Shown here piece by piece: positions 48,158 through 59,368 of a stretch of DNA of 64,000 nucleotides (positions within the stretch are counted from its first letter, which is position 1; each line of letters starts with the position of its first letter). The position numbers and the translations under genes were made by a program. Under the pieces are notes generated by a model that worked only from the letters and a program-made list of their open reading frames with translations, ran no database searches and was not told where the DNA came from. Source of the stretch: an uncultured Candidatus Binatia bacterium. GTDB lineage: Bacteria > Desulfobacterota > Binatia > Bin18. Location of the stretch: NCBI GenBank assembly GCA_965214605.1, contig OZ243961.1, forward strand, positions 576,001 through 640,000, in the 5' to 3' direction.

Positions 48158-48775
48158 ATGGAAAGGATTGGGGTCTTGGAAACTGTCGAGGCGCAGGCCA
48201 AGCAGGCCACCGCTTCGCAGCTAGAGCTGGAACAACGCTTTAGACTGCTTGTTGACTCTCATTGGGAGCGTGCCAGACGCCTGGCCTGGCGTCTCGTCGG
48301 CGGTGAGGACGAGGCGGCTGAGGACATCACCCAAGATGCCTTTGTTAAAGCCTATCGGGGGCTGAATACGTTTCGGCACCAGGCTCGCCTTGAGACTTGG
48401 TTTTACCGCATCCTGGTCCGTCAAGCGCACAGCTATCGTCGTTGGCGCTCAGTGCGAACCCTGTGGAATCACAGGCGGCTCGACCTCGAACCCGCTAGAC
48501 TCCCCGCTTCACCGAGCGGGACGGGCCCGGAGCGCTCAGACCCTTTTGTGAGGCAACGCATAGCCGAGGCACTCGAACGCCTGAGCCGTAGTCAACGCGA
48601 AGCATTTGTCTTGGTCCATCTAGAAGGATTTACTGTTCGTGAATGTGCCGAGCTGATGGGCAAGCCCAGCGGCACGGTGAAAAGCCATCTGCACCGGGCC
48701 CTCTCCCGTTTGCGGACGGAACTGGCCGATCTTAGACCATTGAGCCCTGAGCCGACCAAGGAGCACCGCCAATGA
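48158..48775 (+). CDS. ECF RNA polymerase sigma-70 factor
   Basis: AEDITQDAFVKAY, TWFYRI, GTVKSHLHRA. Confidence 0.92.
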   Translation: MERIGVLETVEAQAKQATASQLELEQRFRLLVDSHWERARRLAWRLVGGEDEAAEDITQDAFVKAYRGLNTFRHQARLETWFYRILVRQAHSYRRWRSVRTLWNHRRLDLEPARLPASPSGTGPERSDPFVRQRIAEALERLSRSQREAFVLVHLEGFTVRECAELMGKPSGTVKSHLHRALSRLRTELADLRPLSPEPTKEHRQ

Positions 48776-49188
48776 GCACCGCGGCAAATCACAAACAGCC
48801 CAAGCGAGCCGACGCGGAGTTTATCGAGCGTCTGGCCAGCCACTATGTCCCCCCTCCCCTGACCCCGAACCAGCGGACCGTCTCGCACTTGGCGCTGGCA
48901 GCCCGACTCGAAAAGCGACGCCAACGCCGAGTGCTGTTTGTGCCCGCGCTGGCAACGGCCACGGTCGCTGCCCTCGCGCTGGTATTCAGCCTAGACGGAC
49001 GTTTTAGACTTGAGCCGAGCGAGCCGCCGGTCCGACCCCCACCGCTACAACCCTCAGAATCTGGACGGCGCCCGGACAGCTGGGAGTATCAGTTGCTGAC
49101 TGTTCAGCTGATCGACGACGAGGAGGAGCAACACTCCCTGCTTCCGGACGACTACGCGGCGATCAAAAGCGCATTTTTAGACGGTTAA
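48772..49188 (+). CDS. putative anti-sigma membrane protein
   Basis: Overlaps the sigma stop codon (ATGA); single TM helix. Confidence 0.6.
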   Translation: MSTAANHKQPKRADAEFIERLASHYVPPPLTPNQRTVSHLALAARLEKRRQRRVLFVPALATATVAALALVFSLDGRFRLEPSEPPVRPPPLQPSESGRRPDSWEYQLLTVQLIDDEEEQHSLLPDDYAAIKSAFLDG

Positions 49189-49204
49189 AAGAAAGGAAAA
49201 GCGC

Positions 49205-49822
49205 ATGTTTAGACCTCGTTTTCTGTTCGTTTTTATCAGTATACTAGTCGGCCTGAGTGTCCCAGACTCCAGCAACGGACAGCCGGAAAAGCTCTCCCGC
49301 ACGGGTCCTCTGCACTCTATTGAGGAATACGCCGAGCGGCTCGCGATTGATGAGACCACGCGCGGCGCCATCCGTCTCATCGTTGAGGACACGCGGAGCA
49401 GAGGTCAAGAAATCCGCGCCTCTTTAGCCCAGGCTCGGGCTCAAATGCGCAACCTGCTGACTCAGGACAGCCCGGACGACGCGGCGGTTATGCAGCAGGC
49501 CGAAAAAATCGGGGCGCTCCGAGTTGAGAAGCAGAAAAACCGCCTGCGGGCGATGCTGCAGATTCGGGCCCTGTTAAGCCCCCAGCAGCGCCAAGCGCTC
49601 ACCGCGCTGCGCGAGCAAGAACGGCCCCACCGACGGGGGCGGTCCCACCGGCGGGGGCGTTTTGGCGCGTGTCGGGCCGATGTGGCCGAGCTATGTCCGC
49701 AGGCCGAGCCAGGACAGCCGGCCCTGCAGTGTCTCAACGACAATTGGTCCGCCCTATCCACAGGCTGTCAGGCGATATTTAAACACGGCCCACATAGGGG
49801 CAGACCGGAACAGCGGGATTGA
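49205..49822 (+). CDS. Spy/CpxP-like periplasmic protein with C-terminal Cys-rich repeat
   Basis: Signal peptide, IRALLSPQQR (LTXXQ-like), ACRADVAELC...CL...LSTGC. Confidence 0.75.
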   Translation: MFRPRFLFVFISILVGLSVPDSSNGQPEKLSRTGPLHSIEEYAERLAIDETTRGAIRLIVEDTRSRGQEIRASLAQARAQMRNLLTQDSPDDAAVMQQAEKIGALRVEKQKNRLRAMLQIRALLSPQQRQALTALREQERPHRRGRSHRRGRFGACRADVAELCPQAEPGQPALQCLNDNWSALSTGCQAIFKHGPHRGRPEQRD

Positions 49823-49833
49823 GTTGGGCTGGG

Positions 49834-51315
49834 CTATTTCCCGGACTGAACCGGCGGTGGGCTAGGCTGTGGGGCACCGATCGGCTCGGGATGGGGCTGG
49901 GCAGCCCCGGACGGATTGGTATAGATATCGTTGAGCTGTTGGACATAGCGATCTGCCTCGCTCCGGATCTTGTGGACAAGTGTCCGGGTCCGGGCATTCC
50001 AGGCGGTCGGCTCGGTGCGAAACATACTTCGATACCAGCACGTATTGCGCTGAAAGGCCGCGGCCAGATTGTCCACATAGCGATCAGACTGGTCGGTTTG
50101 GTCTTGACGGAAGGCAGCAATGATCCGCTCACCCACCCGGCGGCGGACCTGCCAGTGCGCATAGCCGGCGAGAAGACACGCCCCCCCAAGGCCCCAGACT
50201 CCAAGTCCAAGGACCACCTCGCCCAAGCCGAGCCAGACCAGAAGTCCGGTCAGGGCAATCCCGACCCCGAGCAGCAGCCCGTCCCGCCACACGATTCCCG
50301 TCCTCCAAGCGCGCAGCATGCTCCGTAACTGGGGAATCACATATCGCTCCAGCTCATCCGCCGAGCGTTCTAAGGCCCCTACCACCCGGTAGGCTTGAGC
50401 GGTCCGAACCTGCTGAATACGAGTCTGGATCTCGGCATAGTCGTGCGCTCGCAGCGCTTCGTAGCGGGCCCGGACCTGCGGATTATCAATGAGAGTAGTC
50501 GCCGAGCGGCTATAGATGTGATAGAAGCGCCCAGCGGTGAGGCCCTTTTGGGCCAGGCTACGCTGCCAGGCGGCTACCACCTGCTCGGCATTATCATCCT
50601 GGGCGGTTGCATCCAGATGGTTCAACACGTACAGAAATTTATTGGAGTCCGAGCGACGGATTGTTTTTTCGACCAGATGGTCGAGCGTATCTCGCATAGA
50701 GCCCGCCTCTGGGTGTCGCGCATCAAAAAAAACGAGGACGAGGTCGGATAAGGCGACGATGTGGTCAGTCAGGCGCAACACGGCCGTGCGTTGCTCATCC
50801 GCATCAAAGCCGGGACTATCAATGAGAATCCGTCCTCGGGCTACCTCGCTGGGACAGGTCTTGAGCTGGAGATAGGCGTCCATACGACCGCCTTCACCCG
50901 GAGCTGAAGACTCGAGGTCCTGGCTGATTTTGTAAAACGGGAAACGTGGGTCTGCGTCTAAGGCTAGGGCTGGCAGAGTTCGGACCTCTTTGCCGTAACA
51001 CACGACCGTAAACTTATCGTCAACGGCTTGGTTGCCGGTCAGCTGTAAAGGATGGTCAAGATAGTCGTTGAGAAAGGTCGATTTGCCAGCCGAATACGTC
51101 CCCAAAACCGCAATAATTGGCCACCACGGCACCTGGCGGGTATAAGATGCTGTGCGAGACAGAAAGCCCAATTCCCGGGCGACCTTATCGAGCTCTCGAA
51201 AGCTGGCCACCACGGCTAAAAAGATCGTCCCCTCTGCCCCCATCTCGTGCTGGATGTGGGATTCGAGAGCCTGTTCGAGACGGTCCGATTGCTCGACCTT
51301 CCATCCAAATAACAC
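49834..51315 (-). CDS. dynamin/EHD-like GTPase with C-terminal TM hairpin
   Basis: GTYSAGKST, QAVDDKFT, LIDSPGFD, FFDARHP, VLNHLD. Confidence 0.85.
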   Translation of the reverse strand: MLFGWKVEQSDRLEQALESHIQHEMGAEGTIFLAVVASFRELDKVARELGFLSRTASYTRQVPWWPIIAVLGTYSAGKSTFLNDYLDHPLQLTGNQAVDDKFTVVCYGKEVRTLPALALDADPRFPFYKISQDLESSAPGEGGRMDAYLQLKTCPSEVARGRILIDSPGFDADEQRTAVLRLTDHIVALSDLVLVFFDARHPEAGSMRDTLDHLVEKTIRRSDSNKFLYVLNHLDATAQDDNAEQVVAAWQRSLAQKGLTAGRFYHIYSRSATTLIDNPQVRARYEALRAHDYAEIQTRIQQVRTAQAYRVVGALERSADELERYVIPQLRSMLRAWRTGIVWRDGLLLGVGIALTGLLVWLGLGEVVLGLGVWGLGGACLLAGYAHWQVRRRVGERIIAAFRQDQTDQSDRYVDNLAAAFQRNTCWYRSMFRTEPTAWNARTRTLVHKIRSEADRYVQQLNDIYTNPSGAAQPHPEPIGAPQPSPPPVQSGK

Positions 51316-51388
51316 GCGCGCTTCTCCTGTGTCAGGGGAGACGCTCGCATGAGCCTGCTCAGAGCGTCTCGGCCTCGTATACGCTCCT

Positions 51389-53815
51389 TCAGGTCGCGGC
51401 TTGGGCCGACCGCTTAATGATAAAACCCGGCTTGAACAGCGCCACCAGAACCGGCAGCAGGGTCATCGTCGCCAGAAAACTCACTCCCATCCACAGCGCC
51501 AACAATAGCCCCATCTCCCCACTAAAACGGAGGCTCGACATAGTCCAGAACAGGGTTCCCAGAATCATCGTCAGCGCGGTAAACGTGACCGCCTTGCCCG
51601 AGGTCACCAACGCCTGAAAGATGGCCGTGTCCAGGGAGTGTCCGGGCTTTTGCTCCTCAATAATCCGGCTGATAATGTAGAAGGCGTAGTCAATGCCAAA
51701 ACCAACCCCAACCGTGACAACCGGCAGGGTATGGATATTGATACCAATGTCCCGCGCTCCCATATAGGCGTGAATGATCACGTTAGCGATCAGCAGCGGC
51801 AGAATCATGTACATCCCAGCCAGGAGTGACCGATAGGTCACTACCAAGATGAGGAAGATTGTACCAAAGCCAAGGATATTGACCAGAATGTCGTTCTTGA
51901 GCAGCTCCTCATTGGCGGCGGCTAAAACTCCGATCGGTCCGCCGGCAAGGCGGAACTGAGCGGTCTGCAAGGGGTTGGCGGCAATATACTCACGGGCCCG
52001 CTTGATCACGCGGCGTACGGTATCCCCCTTGTGGTCGGTCAAGTAAAAGTGGATAGGAGCGTGGCGGAACTGATAGTCGATAATCCGCGCGCTCTCGCTA
52101 TGCGATACGCCAAAGAAGTAGCCCGAGATGGCCATCAAGATCCGACTACGCGTCCGGGGCAGAACACTCCACTTTGGATCTCCGGTGCCATTCACAGCCC
52201 CCAGAATATCCACAAACGAAAAACTCGCTCCAACCGAGGGGTCGCGTTCTAGGTAGCGCTGGAACTTCTCAATCCACGGCAATACCTCCGGGTTCATTAG
52301 CGATGGCTGGGAGTCGCGTCTCTGGAGAATTTCCCGCGCGCTCAAACCTGCCTCAGCCCCATCTTCCTCTGGGGGCAGGAGGCGCTCGACCATGACCATC
52401 AGGTTCTCCACTCCGCCGAAGGTTTCTTGAATGCGGGCATGAGCGGTATTGTAGGGAGAGTCGCGGTACAGCAGGGGTGAAATCGCGCTGGGATCACCGA
52501 TAACAAGATTTTGCCAAAAATAGATACTCCCGCCCATCAGCCCGATCCAGATGACCAAGGTCAGGGCTTTGCCCACCGGCGACAGCAGACCTGAAGCCAG
52601 ACTGCTCAGCACCCGTTTAAATAGACCGCTTTCACGTTTGACGACGATACGCACGTCGGGTTCACGCAGGTAGTGGTAGACAATCGGATTGAGCAGCAGT
52701 TCGCTGATCATAATGGCTAAAATCCACACTGCCGCGCTAATAGCCAGTTTCTGGAGCAGGACAATGGGGACGAACAGGATCACGAGTACCCCCAACGCGT
52801 CGGTCAGAATGCCCGACAGGGTCGGGACGAACAGCTTGGCAAAAGCCGCCACAATCGCTTGTTCCTTCTGCCAGTCGGCCCTTTGGTACTCCTCGTAGTA
52901 GCGCTCGTGCATCTGCACCGAGTGACTGACCGCCCGGGCGGTAATGAAAAACGGGATGACCAGCGTCAGCGGGTCAAGGTTAAAACCGATCATTTTGATA
53001 AAGCCCAGCCCCCAAATGGCCGACACCACTCCGGTAATAGTCGGTCGCAGCGCGCCCCGAATGTCGTGAAAGTACAGATATAGGAAGACCCACATCAGAA
53101 TGGTGGTCGCCAAGAAGATCACATACACCTGTCTGGCGTAGTAATACACCCAGCCGTACAGAGCCGGATGGCCGGCAATGTGGATCGTGGTGTTATCGTC
53201 GCTAAACGGCTCAACTATCGCGCCCATGATTTCATCAAACAGGCGCCGATGATCGATCCGGCCCTCGATAAACGTGGCTTGCAGTAGGGTGGCTTTTTCG
53301 TCGAGTGAGACCAGCACCCCGTACAAATTCGGCGTGGTATAGACAATCTCCCGCACACGTCGCACATCGTTCTCATTCTGCGGTGCACGTTCCATGATCG
53401 GCTCGATCTCGGTCAGGCCACCGCCCTTGAGCTGGATACGCCGGTTGGTCCGGTGGGCCAAGGAGTTAATCAGATCGTGGTTGATGCCGTAGATCGTATC
53501 GAGCCGCTTGGTCATATCGAAGATTTTGCCCAGCGTCTGGCGAGTAAAGATCGTGCCCTCTTTGACCTCCAACATAATCTGGAGCGTATTCGCTCCGCCC
53601 ACCTCTTGGGCATACTGGTTATGGGTCTTGATGAACTCATGGTTCTGAGGCAGCTGTTCGTCAAAACGGGTGACCAGATCAAGCTGGAAGGCAAAGGCGG
53701 CAAATACCAACGTTGCCAAGGCTACGCTAATCAAAACGATCTTGCGCTGCACGATCAGCTGTTCGCCGAGCCGATACAGAAAAGCCTGATTGGTACTCTC
53801 AGCTGTTTCAGTCAT
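51389..53815 (-). CDS. RND superfamily MMPL-type transporter
   Basis: Two TM modules, ARAVSHSVQM, GVGFGIDY, TSGKAVTFT. Confidence 0.9.
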   Translation of the reverse strand: MTETAESTNQAFLYRLGEQLIVQRKIVLISVALATLVFAAFAFQLDLVTRFDEQLPQNHEFIKTHNQYAQEVGGANTLQIMLEVKEGTIFTRQTLGKIFDMTKRLDTIYGINHDLINSLAHRTNRRIQLKGGGLTEIEPIMERAPQNENDVRRVREIVYTTPNLYGVLVSLDEKATLLQATFIEGRIDHRRLFDEIMGAIVEPFSDDNTTIHIAGHPALYGWVYYYARQVYVIFLATTILMWVFLYLYFHDIRGALRPTITGVVSAIWGLGFIKMIGFNLDPLTLVIPFFITARAVSHSVQMHERYYEEYQRADWQKEQAIVAAFAKLFVPTLSGILTDALGVLVILFVPIVLLQKLAISAAVWILAIMISELLLNPIVYHYLREPDVRIVVKRESGLFKRVLSSLASGLLSPVGKALTLVIWIGLMGGSIYFWQNLVIGDPSAISPLLYRDSPYNTAHARIQETFGGVENLMVMVERLLPPEEDGAEAGLSAREILQRRDSQPSLMNPEVLPWIEKFQRYLERDPSVGASFSFVDILGAVNGTGDPKWSVLPRTRSRILMAISGYFFGVSHSESARIIDYQFRHAPIHFYLTDHKGDTVRRVIKRAREYIAANPLQTAQFRLAGGPIGVLAAANEELLKNDILVNILGFGTIFLILVVTYRSLLAGMYMILPLLIANVIIHAYMGARDIGINIHTLPVVTVGVGFGIDYAFYIISRIIEEQKPGHSLDTAIFQALVTSGKAVTFTALTMILGTLFWTMSSLRFSGEMGLLLALWMGVSFLATMTLLPVLVALFKPGFIIKRSAQAAT

Positions 53816-54479
53816 CGTATTCTCCCTTCTTGCTCGGATTGATCAATCCGCTAGCACTGACCATCCCATCCAAACCAGACCGCGTCAAGCACCGAGGAGG
53901 CGTGCGGCCTCAATATGAGCCTGGGTCCAGTATTGTTTGTAAAGCGCCCAGCAAGACTTCAGGCTGCAACGGCGGCGGCGTGCACGGCCCAAAAGCTCCT
54001 AGTCCGGACGGTCTTGGGCGTTCCGTTGCGCCTTAAGGTCGGGGCGACTCAGAGGAACAGTTTATCCATTTGTGCCGGAAGAATCGGAAGGGACGGTTTG
54101 AACCGATCACAGACAAAGAGTCGGTCATCATGGCTCCGACCGGCTCAAAGAGCGACTGACGAACCGGCAAAATGTTCTACGCTACTTACCCGATCGGGCT
54201 AGAAGAAACAGGGCCGGACTGTCCCGTACCTCGTCCACTAACTGCCCTCTGTCCAACGGGGCAATCCGCTTACCGGAAGAGGACTGGCCTGCCCTCAGCC
54301 CGAGGAAAAAGAGCCGGCTTTGTCCCCTTCTGCCCCAATTCTGCGCTGAAACCGCGCTTAGCGAGGCAACTCTACAGGATAAGATGCAAGAGTATAGTGA
54401 CCATGGCCCACGCCTAGCCTGGCTGCCGGTCCTGCCAATGTTGCGCCTCTGGATGCGCGAAACTTTTCTTGAGCGAGAC

Positions 54480-55380
54480 ATGAAAAAGCTAGATGAGAAC
54501 TATGTCCCCAAGGGTAGAGGCGAGTATTGGCTCGACGCCAAACTTCGACCGTCTCATATTGGACGCGACACTCAGGCCGATATCCTCCAGAATCTGCTGC
54601 AAATTTACCTCCACGATCGGTGCACCCTGCGTATCGCCTCTCACCACAAACTCAATACCCACCGTAACGAATTCGACGATTTTCCGGCGCAGTACCGCGT
54701 CAGGGTCAATAACCGTGTCAGTGAGTCGTCGAGGAAGCTCGAGCGCAGGCTGGCAGGCGATCAGGCCTCGGGCGACCAATGGAACCGGCGCCACCCGATT
54801 CGTTCGGCAATACCCTCTGTCTTTAATGTGCCGCTCATTCATCCACCCAGGGGTTCACTTGTGCAGGTGTGGCCCGCGCCCGGCTCAATAGTTTTGAGGT
54901 CAATTTCGGCTTGTGTGTCGGGCAGCGCTCCGAAGCGATCGCTAGGCGTCCTTGGCCACTTCTTTCGTATCCCTGGACCTTGGCCTGTATTTTGGCGCGG
55001 TTATTGCGGCCGAAATCGGCACCGAGAATGCCTGCTGCCACTTCTCCGGCTACGCGCTGCCAGGCGAGACACATCTCGGCCCTGTCCCGAGGTTCCCACT
55101 TCGGCTCCTTCGCACCCCAGACCAGCACGCCTGGACAGCGTCTCGGCGCCGCGTTCTTTGGTCCACCGACTTATCCTCTCAACACCCCGGCCTCCATCTC
55201 CCTAATTCTAGCTCAGGGTCAACGACACGGCTGGCAGGCGAATCTTGAACAGCGGCGCCCTCCTCCAGAGAAAGGACAACTAGAGCGCCCCGCGGACGAA
55301 CTCGTCCCTGATCGGCTCCGCCTGGCCGGCTTGATCGTGGTTTCTCGGTCCAGCGAAGCCCGCCAGTCACAGACAACCTT
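54480..55380 (+). pseudogene. decayed unidentified gene
   Basis: Protein-like fragments in shifting frames (MKKLDENYVPKGRGEYWLD..., NSFEVNFGLCVG, FFGPPTYPLN); no family recognised. Confidence 0.3.
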
Positions 55381-55625
55381 CTCCGCAGGTTGTCTGATGA
55401 TGGATGCGAAAGCCGCTGGTTGCGACCTTTATGAAAAAGCCCGAGGTTTCCAGGACCGTCGGCCCCGCTGTCGATCGTTGTTGTTTTGCTCTTCGGCTAC
55501 CGACCGCGAAACGCCATGCCGGGAGATGGGCGACCTTGTCCACCTGTCCGCCGGACGACTCGAACTAGGCTTGCTGTGCGACACAGCGGTGGATGTTACG
55601 CCGCTGACGGGCAGCAAGCGCCCGA

Positions 55626-56237
55626 CTAGCGCTCCAACTCGGTGTTCCAATACGCCGCGTCCACCTCGCTCAGGTAGGGCAGCCACTCCCGGTAGTGTTT
55701 AAAACTAAAAGTCTCGATCATAAACGGCGTCCACTCCGGCTGCACGGGGTTCTTGACCAGCCGCATATGGGTCTCTTGGAGCAGCAGACCGCCTTTTTTC
55801 CGGTTGCAGGCAAAACACGAGCACACCACATTATCCCAGCTCGACGTACCGCCTTTGGAGCGCGGAATGACATGATCGAGATTCAGCTCTGAGCGCGGCA
55901 GGCGTTTGCCACAGTACTGACAGGTGTTTTTGTCACGGGCAAACACGTTGAAACGCGAGAAGCGGACACGACGTTTTGGTACGCGGTCGTAGGAAACTAG
56001 GAGAATGACGCGCGGTACTTTAATGGCCTGGTCGACGAGGCCGATGGTTTCGTCGTTCAAGGATGCCGACAGGGCGCTCCAGCTGTCAAAATCAAAGGTC
56101 TGGTACTGATCATTAACAGCTTTGGCAATGCCCTGGTAGAGCAGGGAAAACGCGCGTCGTAGTGGGGTGACATGGACAGGAAAGTAGGACCGATTGAGTA
56201 CCAACACTTTGGTATTGAGGAGACTCATGGCTGCCAT
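55626..56237 (-). CDS. HNH endonuclease (McrA-like)
   Basis: VLVLNRSY, FSRFNVFARD, CQYCG, LDHVIPRSKGG, NVVCSCFACNRKK. Confidence 0.92.
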   Translation of the reverse strand: MAAMSLLNTKVLVLNRSYFPVHVTPLRRAFSLLYQGIAKAVNDQYQTFDFDSWSALSASLNDETIGLVDQAIKVPRVILLVSYDRVPKRRVRFSRFNVFARDKNTCQYCGKRLPRSELNLDHVIPRSKGGTSSWDNVVCSCFACNRKKGGLLLQETHMRLVKNPVQPEWTPFMIETFSFKHYREWLPYLSEVDAAYWNTELER

Positions 56238-56492
56238 ATCTTTCCCGAATCGGCCGTTCTTTCCACGGCTTCTAAGTCCTTAACGGACAATAATTTTTCC
56301 CGCCACCGTATCTATCGGCCGATAGGCTGTCAAGATTTGGGGGGCAGATCGGGGTGGAAGAGGAGACACTGGCCACGAAAAATTCACAAAGGAGAGAGGG
56401 GCGCAGATCAGCCCGACGAGCGCGCCCCTCCCCTTCACACTGGCATCAGCTGGCTTCCTTGTGTATAGTTTGCGCATTGTAAAGGCGATAAT

Positions 56493-59366
56493 GTGAAGAC
56501 ACACCACCTCCCCCGCACCACATATCTTCGACAAGCCTATGCCGCACTCTTACCCCTGGTCACCCAACCCGCCCGCTATGCTGGCGGAGAACGGGGGACA
56601 GTGGTCAAAGACCCGGCCCAGGTGCAGCTGCGTTTTGCCCTGGCTTTTCCAGAAGTGTACGAAATTGCCCAGTCCCACCTCGGGCTCCAGATTTTGTACG
56701 GCCTGCTCAACGGGCGCCCGCAGGTGCAGGCCGAACGGGTATATGCGCCGTGGGTGGATATGGAAGCCGCGTTGCGCCAACGCGGTCTTCCGCTCGTCTC
56801 GCTTGAGACCTATACCCCACTATCGGCCTTCGACATTGTCGGTTTTAGCCTCCAGTACGAACTGACGTATACTAACATCCTGATGATGCTGGATTTGGGC
56901 GGCCTCCGGCTTCTGTCTAAGGATCGGGACGAAACCCATCCGTTGATTATTGCCGGCGGGCCGTGCGCCTTTCACCCCGAGCCCATTGCCGAGTATATTG
57001 ACGCATTTCTGCTGGGTGACGGAGAAGAAGCGATCTTTGACATATGCGAGGCGTATCTGGGCTGGGATAAAATAAACCGGGCAGATTTACTGACCGCCCT
57101 GAGTCGTATTCCCGGAGTTTATGTGCCGACTCTTTTCCGGCCTGCGTACAGCACCCAGGACAATAGTCTCCGCGAGATCTCCAGTCTCGTTCCCAACCAC
57201 GCGCTTGTCCACAAGCGCGTGGTCAATGATCTGAACGCGATTCCGCAGCTCACTCAGCAGGTCGTGCCGAACGTCAACATCGTCCACGACCGGATTGCCG
57301 TCGAAGTCATGCGCGGCTGCGTACGCGGTTGTCGTTTCTGTCAGGCCGGCTATATCTACCGCCCTTTGCGCGAGCGCGACCCACGCGCTCTCCAGCAACA
57401 AATCGATACCCTAGTCGAGAACAGCGGTTACGAAGAGGTGTCGCTGCTGAGTCTCAGCACTGGTGATTATAGCTGTGTGAACCCGCTGCTGCGCCAGATC
57501 ATGAACCGTTTTGCCGGCCTCAAGGTGTCGGTTTCGCTGCCGTCCACCCGGGTCGATGCCTTGTCCCCACATATTCTGGAAGAAATCCGCCGGGTACGCA
57601 AAACTGGCTTCACCCTAGCCCCAGAGGCTGGCACCCAGCGGATGCGCGACGTCATCCAAAAAGAGTATAAAGAAGAAGAGTTACTCGAAGCCGCTCGGGT
57701 GCTGTTCGGCCTCGGCTGGAAAAGCGTCAAGCTCTATTTCATGCTGGGCCTGCCTGGCGAAACCGAGCAAGACCTGCTCGGCATCGTGGCCCTGAGCCGC
57801 AAGGTCTCGGCCGTGGGCAAACATCGCCGCCAGGTGACCGCCAGCGTATCGACCTTTGTGCCCAAGCCGCATACTCCGTTCCAATGGGCGGGCCAGGTGA
57901 GCTTGGAGGAGACCGAGGCGCGCCAGCAGCTGCTACGCCGCGAACTGCGCCGGGCCGGCATTCAGTTCAAATGGCACGATGCTCGGCTGTCGTGGCTGGA
58001 AGGGGTGTTTGCACGGGGAGACCGTCGGCTGGCTGGCCCCTTGCTCAGCGCCTACCGGCTGGGCTGCCGGTTTGACGGCTGGACCGACCAATTCCGGCTC
58101 GACCTGTGGCAACAGGCTTTTGCTCAACACGACATTGATCCGGACCGCTACCTGCGCCGCCGTCTGTTAGACGAATGTCTGGCCTGGGATCACCTGGACA
58201 GCGGGGTAACAAAGAAATGGCTGCAACGCGACTTGGCCAAAGCGTTTGAGGGAAAGCTGACCCCAGATTGCAGTGTTGAGCGCTGCTCATACTGCGGAGC
58301 GTGCGATTTTAAAACCGTCCGCAATGTCACCTACCATCTGAACGGGGCAAAAGGGGCAGAGCATCGCGGACCGGACGTTGATGAGTGGGCGAGACGTGTG
58401 CTGCCGGATCACACACAGTGGGGGACCCGGCAGTGGCAGGGGATACAGGAGCAGAAGACCGGGGATGGGGAAAAGTCGAAGGTCAAAGGCCAGCCTCCCA
58501 GCCCTCAGCGCTCCGAACCCGCCTCCAAACTTGCTTCAGGCTTCCCTGTTACCGGCGGTAATGCCGAAGAGTGGCTAGCGGGCGACTCCAACACCATCGT
58601 GGCCAGCCAGGGCGACCAGAAGGTCGGCGTGGTACGTATCCGTATCACTTATAGCCGGCTTGAGGAGGTTCGCTTTTTGGGTGCCCGGGAGATCATCACC
58701 GTCTTTACCCGAGCGGTTCGGCGAGCCAAACTGCCCGTCGCCTACAGCCAAGGCTTCCATCCCAGCCCACGAATGAGCTTTGGCCCTGCTCTACCGCTCG
58801 GTATGGAGAGCGAGGGAGAGTTCTTTGATATTGTCTTGACCGAGGCTCTTGCTCTTACCGAGCTAGTCCGCCGACTGAATGCTCAGCTCCCGTGCGGCCT
58901 GACTATTCAGCGGGCCGAAGCCGTCGACCTTAAGGCGCCGAGCATCGACGCCAGTATCCAAGCCAGCCGCTACCAGGTGGCGCTCGACTCGCTGCCCGCG
59001 GACAAACAGACCTCAGCATTTTGGACCCAATGTTTCAACAAGTTTGCCGCAGCCACGACGTTTCCGCTGCAGAAACGCAACCGCAAGGGAGTCAAAACAC
59101 TGGACGCCAAGCACTGCGTCCGGCATCTGAGGCTGAGCACGCCCCACACGCTGAACCTTGAGATCGTCGTCACACCAAAAGGGACGCTCAATCCTCAGGA
59201 ATTTATTCGGGCCCTGGTAGGCTTATCAGAGGAAGAGGCGAAAACCCTGCGGGTGACAAAAATTCAGACTGTATTTCACCCCCCTGTGGAAGGGGAAGTG
59301 GACCCGACATCAGAGGAGCGGACGGCCGCCTTGATCGATCCGCCAACTTCTGTACGAAATGGATAG
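56493..59366 (+). CDS. TIGR03960-type radical SAM protein fused to TIGR03936 radical-SAM-linked domain
   Basis: QPARYAGGE, RGCVRGCRFCQAG, FTLAPEAG; C-terminal YSQGFHPSPRMSFGPALPLG. Confidence 0.9.
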   Translation: MKTHHLPRTTYLRQAYAALLPLVTQPARYAGGERGTVVKDPAQVQLRFALAFPEVYEIAQSHLGLQILYGLLNGRPQVQAERVYAPWVDMEAALRQRGLPLVSLETYTPLSAFDIVGFSLQYELTYTNILMMLDLGGLRLLSKDRDETHPLIIAGGPCAFHPEPIAEYIDAFLLGDGEEAIFDICEAYLGWDKINRADLLTALSRIPGVYVPTLFRPAYSTQDNSLREISSLVPNHALVHKRVVNDLNAIPQLTQQVVPNVNIVHDRIAVEVMRGCVRGCRFCQAGYIYRPLRERDPRALQQQIDTLVENSGYEEVSLLSLSTGDYSCVNPLLRQIMNRFAGLKVSVSLPSTRVDALSPHILEEIRRVRKTGFTLAPEAGTQRMRDVIQKEYKEEELLEAARVLFGLGWKSVKLYFMLGLPGETEQDLLGIVALSRKVSAVGKHRRQVTASVSTFVPKPHTPFQWAGQVSLEETEARQQLLRRELRRAGIQFKWHDARLSWLEGVFARGDRRLAGPLLSAYRLGCRFDGWTDQFRLDLWQQAFAQHDIDPDRYLRRRLLDECLAWDHLDSGVTKKWLQRDLAKAFEGKLTPDCSVERCSYCGACDFKTVRNVTYHLNGAKGAEHRGPDVDEWARRVLPDHTQWGTRQWQGIQEQKTGDGEKSKVKGQPPSPQRSEPASKLASGFPVTGGNAEEWLAGDSNTIVASQGDQKVGVVRIRITYSRLEEVRFLGAREIITVFTRAVRRAKLPVAYSQGFHPSPRMSFGPALPLGMESEGEFFDIVLTEALALTELVRRLNAQLPCGLTIQRAEAVDLKAPSIDASIQASRYQVALDSLPADKQTSAFWTQCFNKFAAATTFPLQKRNRKGVKTLDAKHCVRHLRLSTPHTLNLEIVVTPKGTLNPQEFIRALVGLSEEEAKTLRVTKIQTVFHPPVEGEVDPTSEERTAALIDPPTSVRNG

Positions 59367-59368
59367 AC

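Noticed and set aside
55550-55575. GTTCGAGTC (tRNA T-loop-like) on the minus strand
   Set aside because: No T-stem or cloverleaf could be built.
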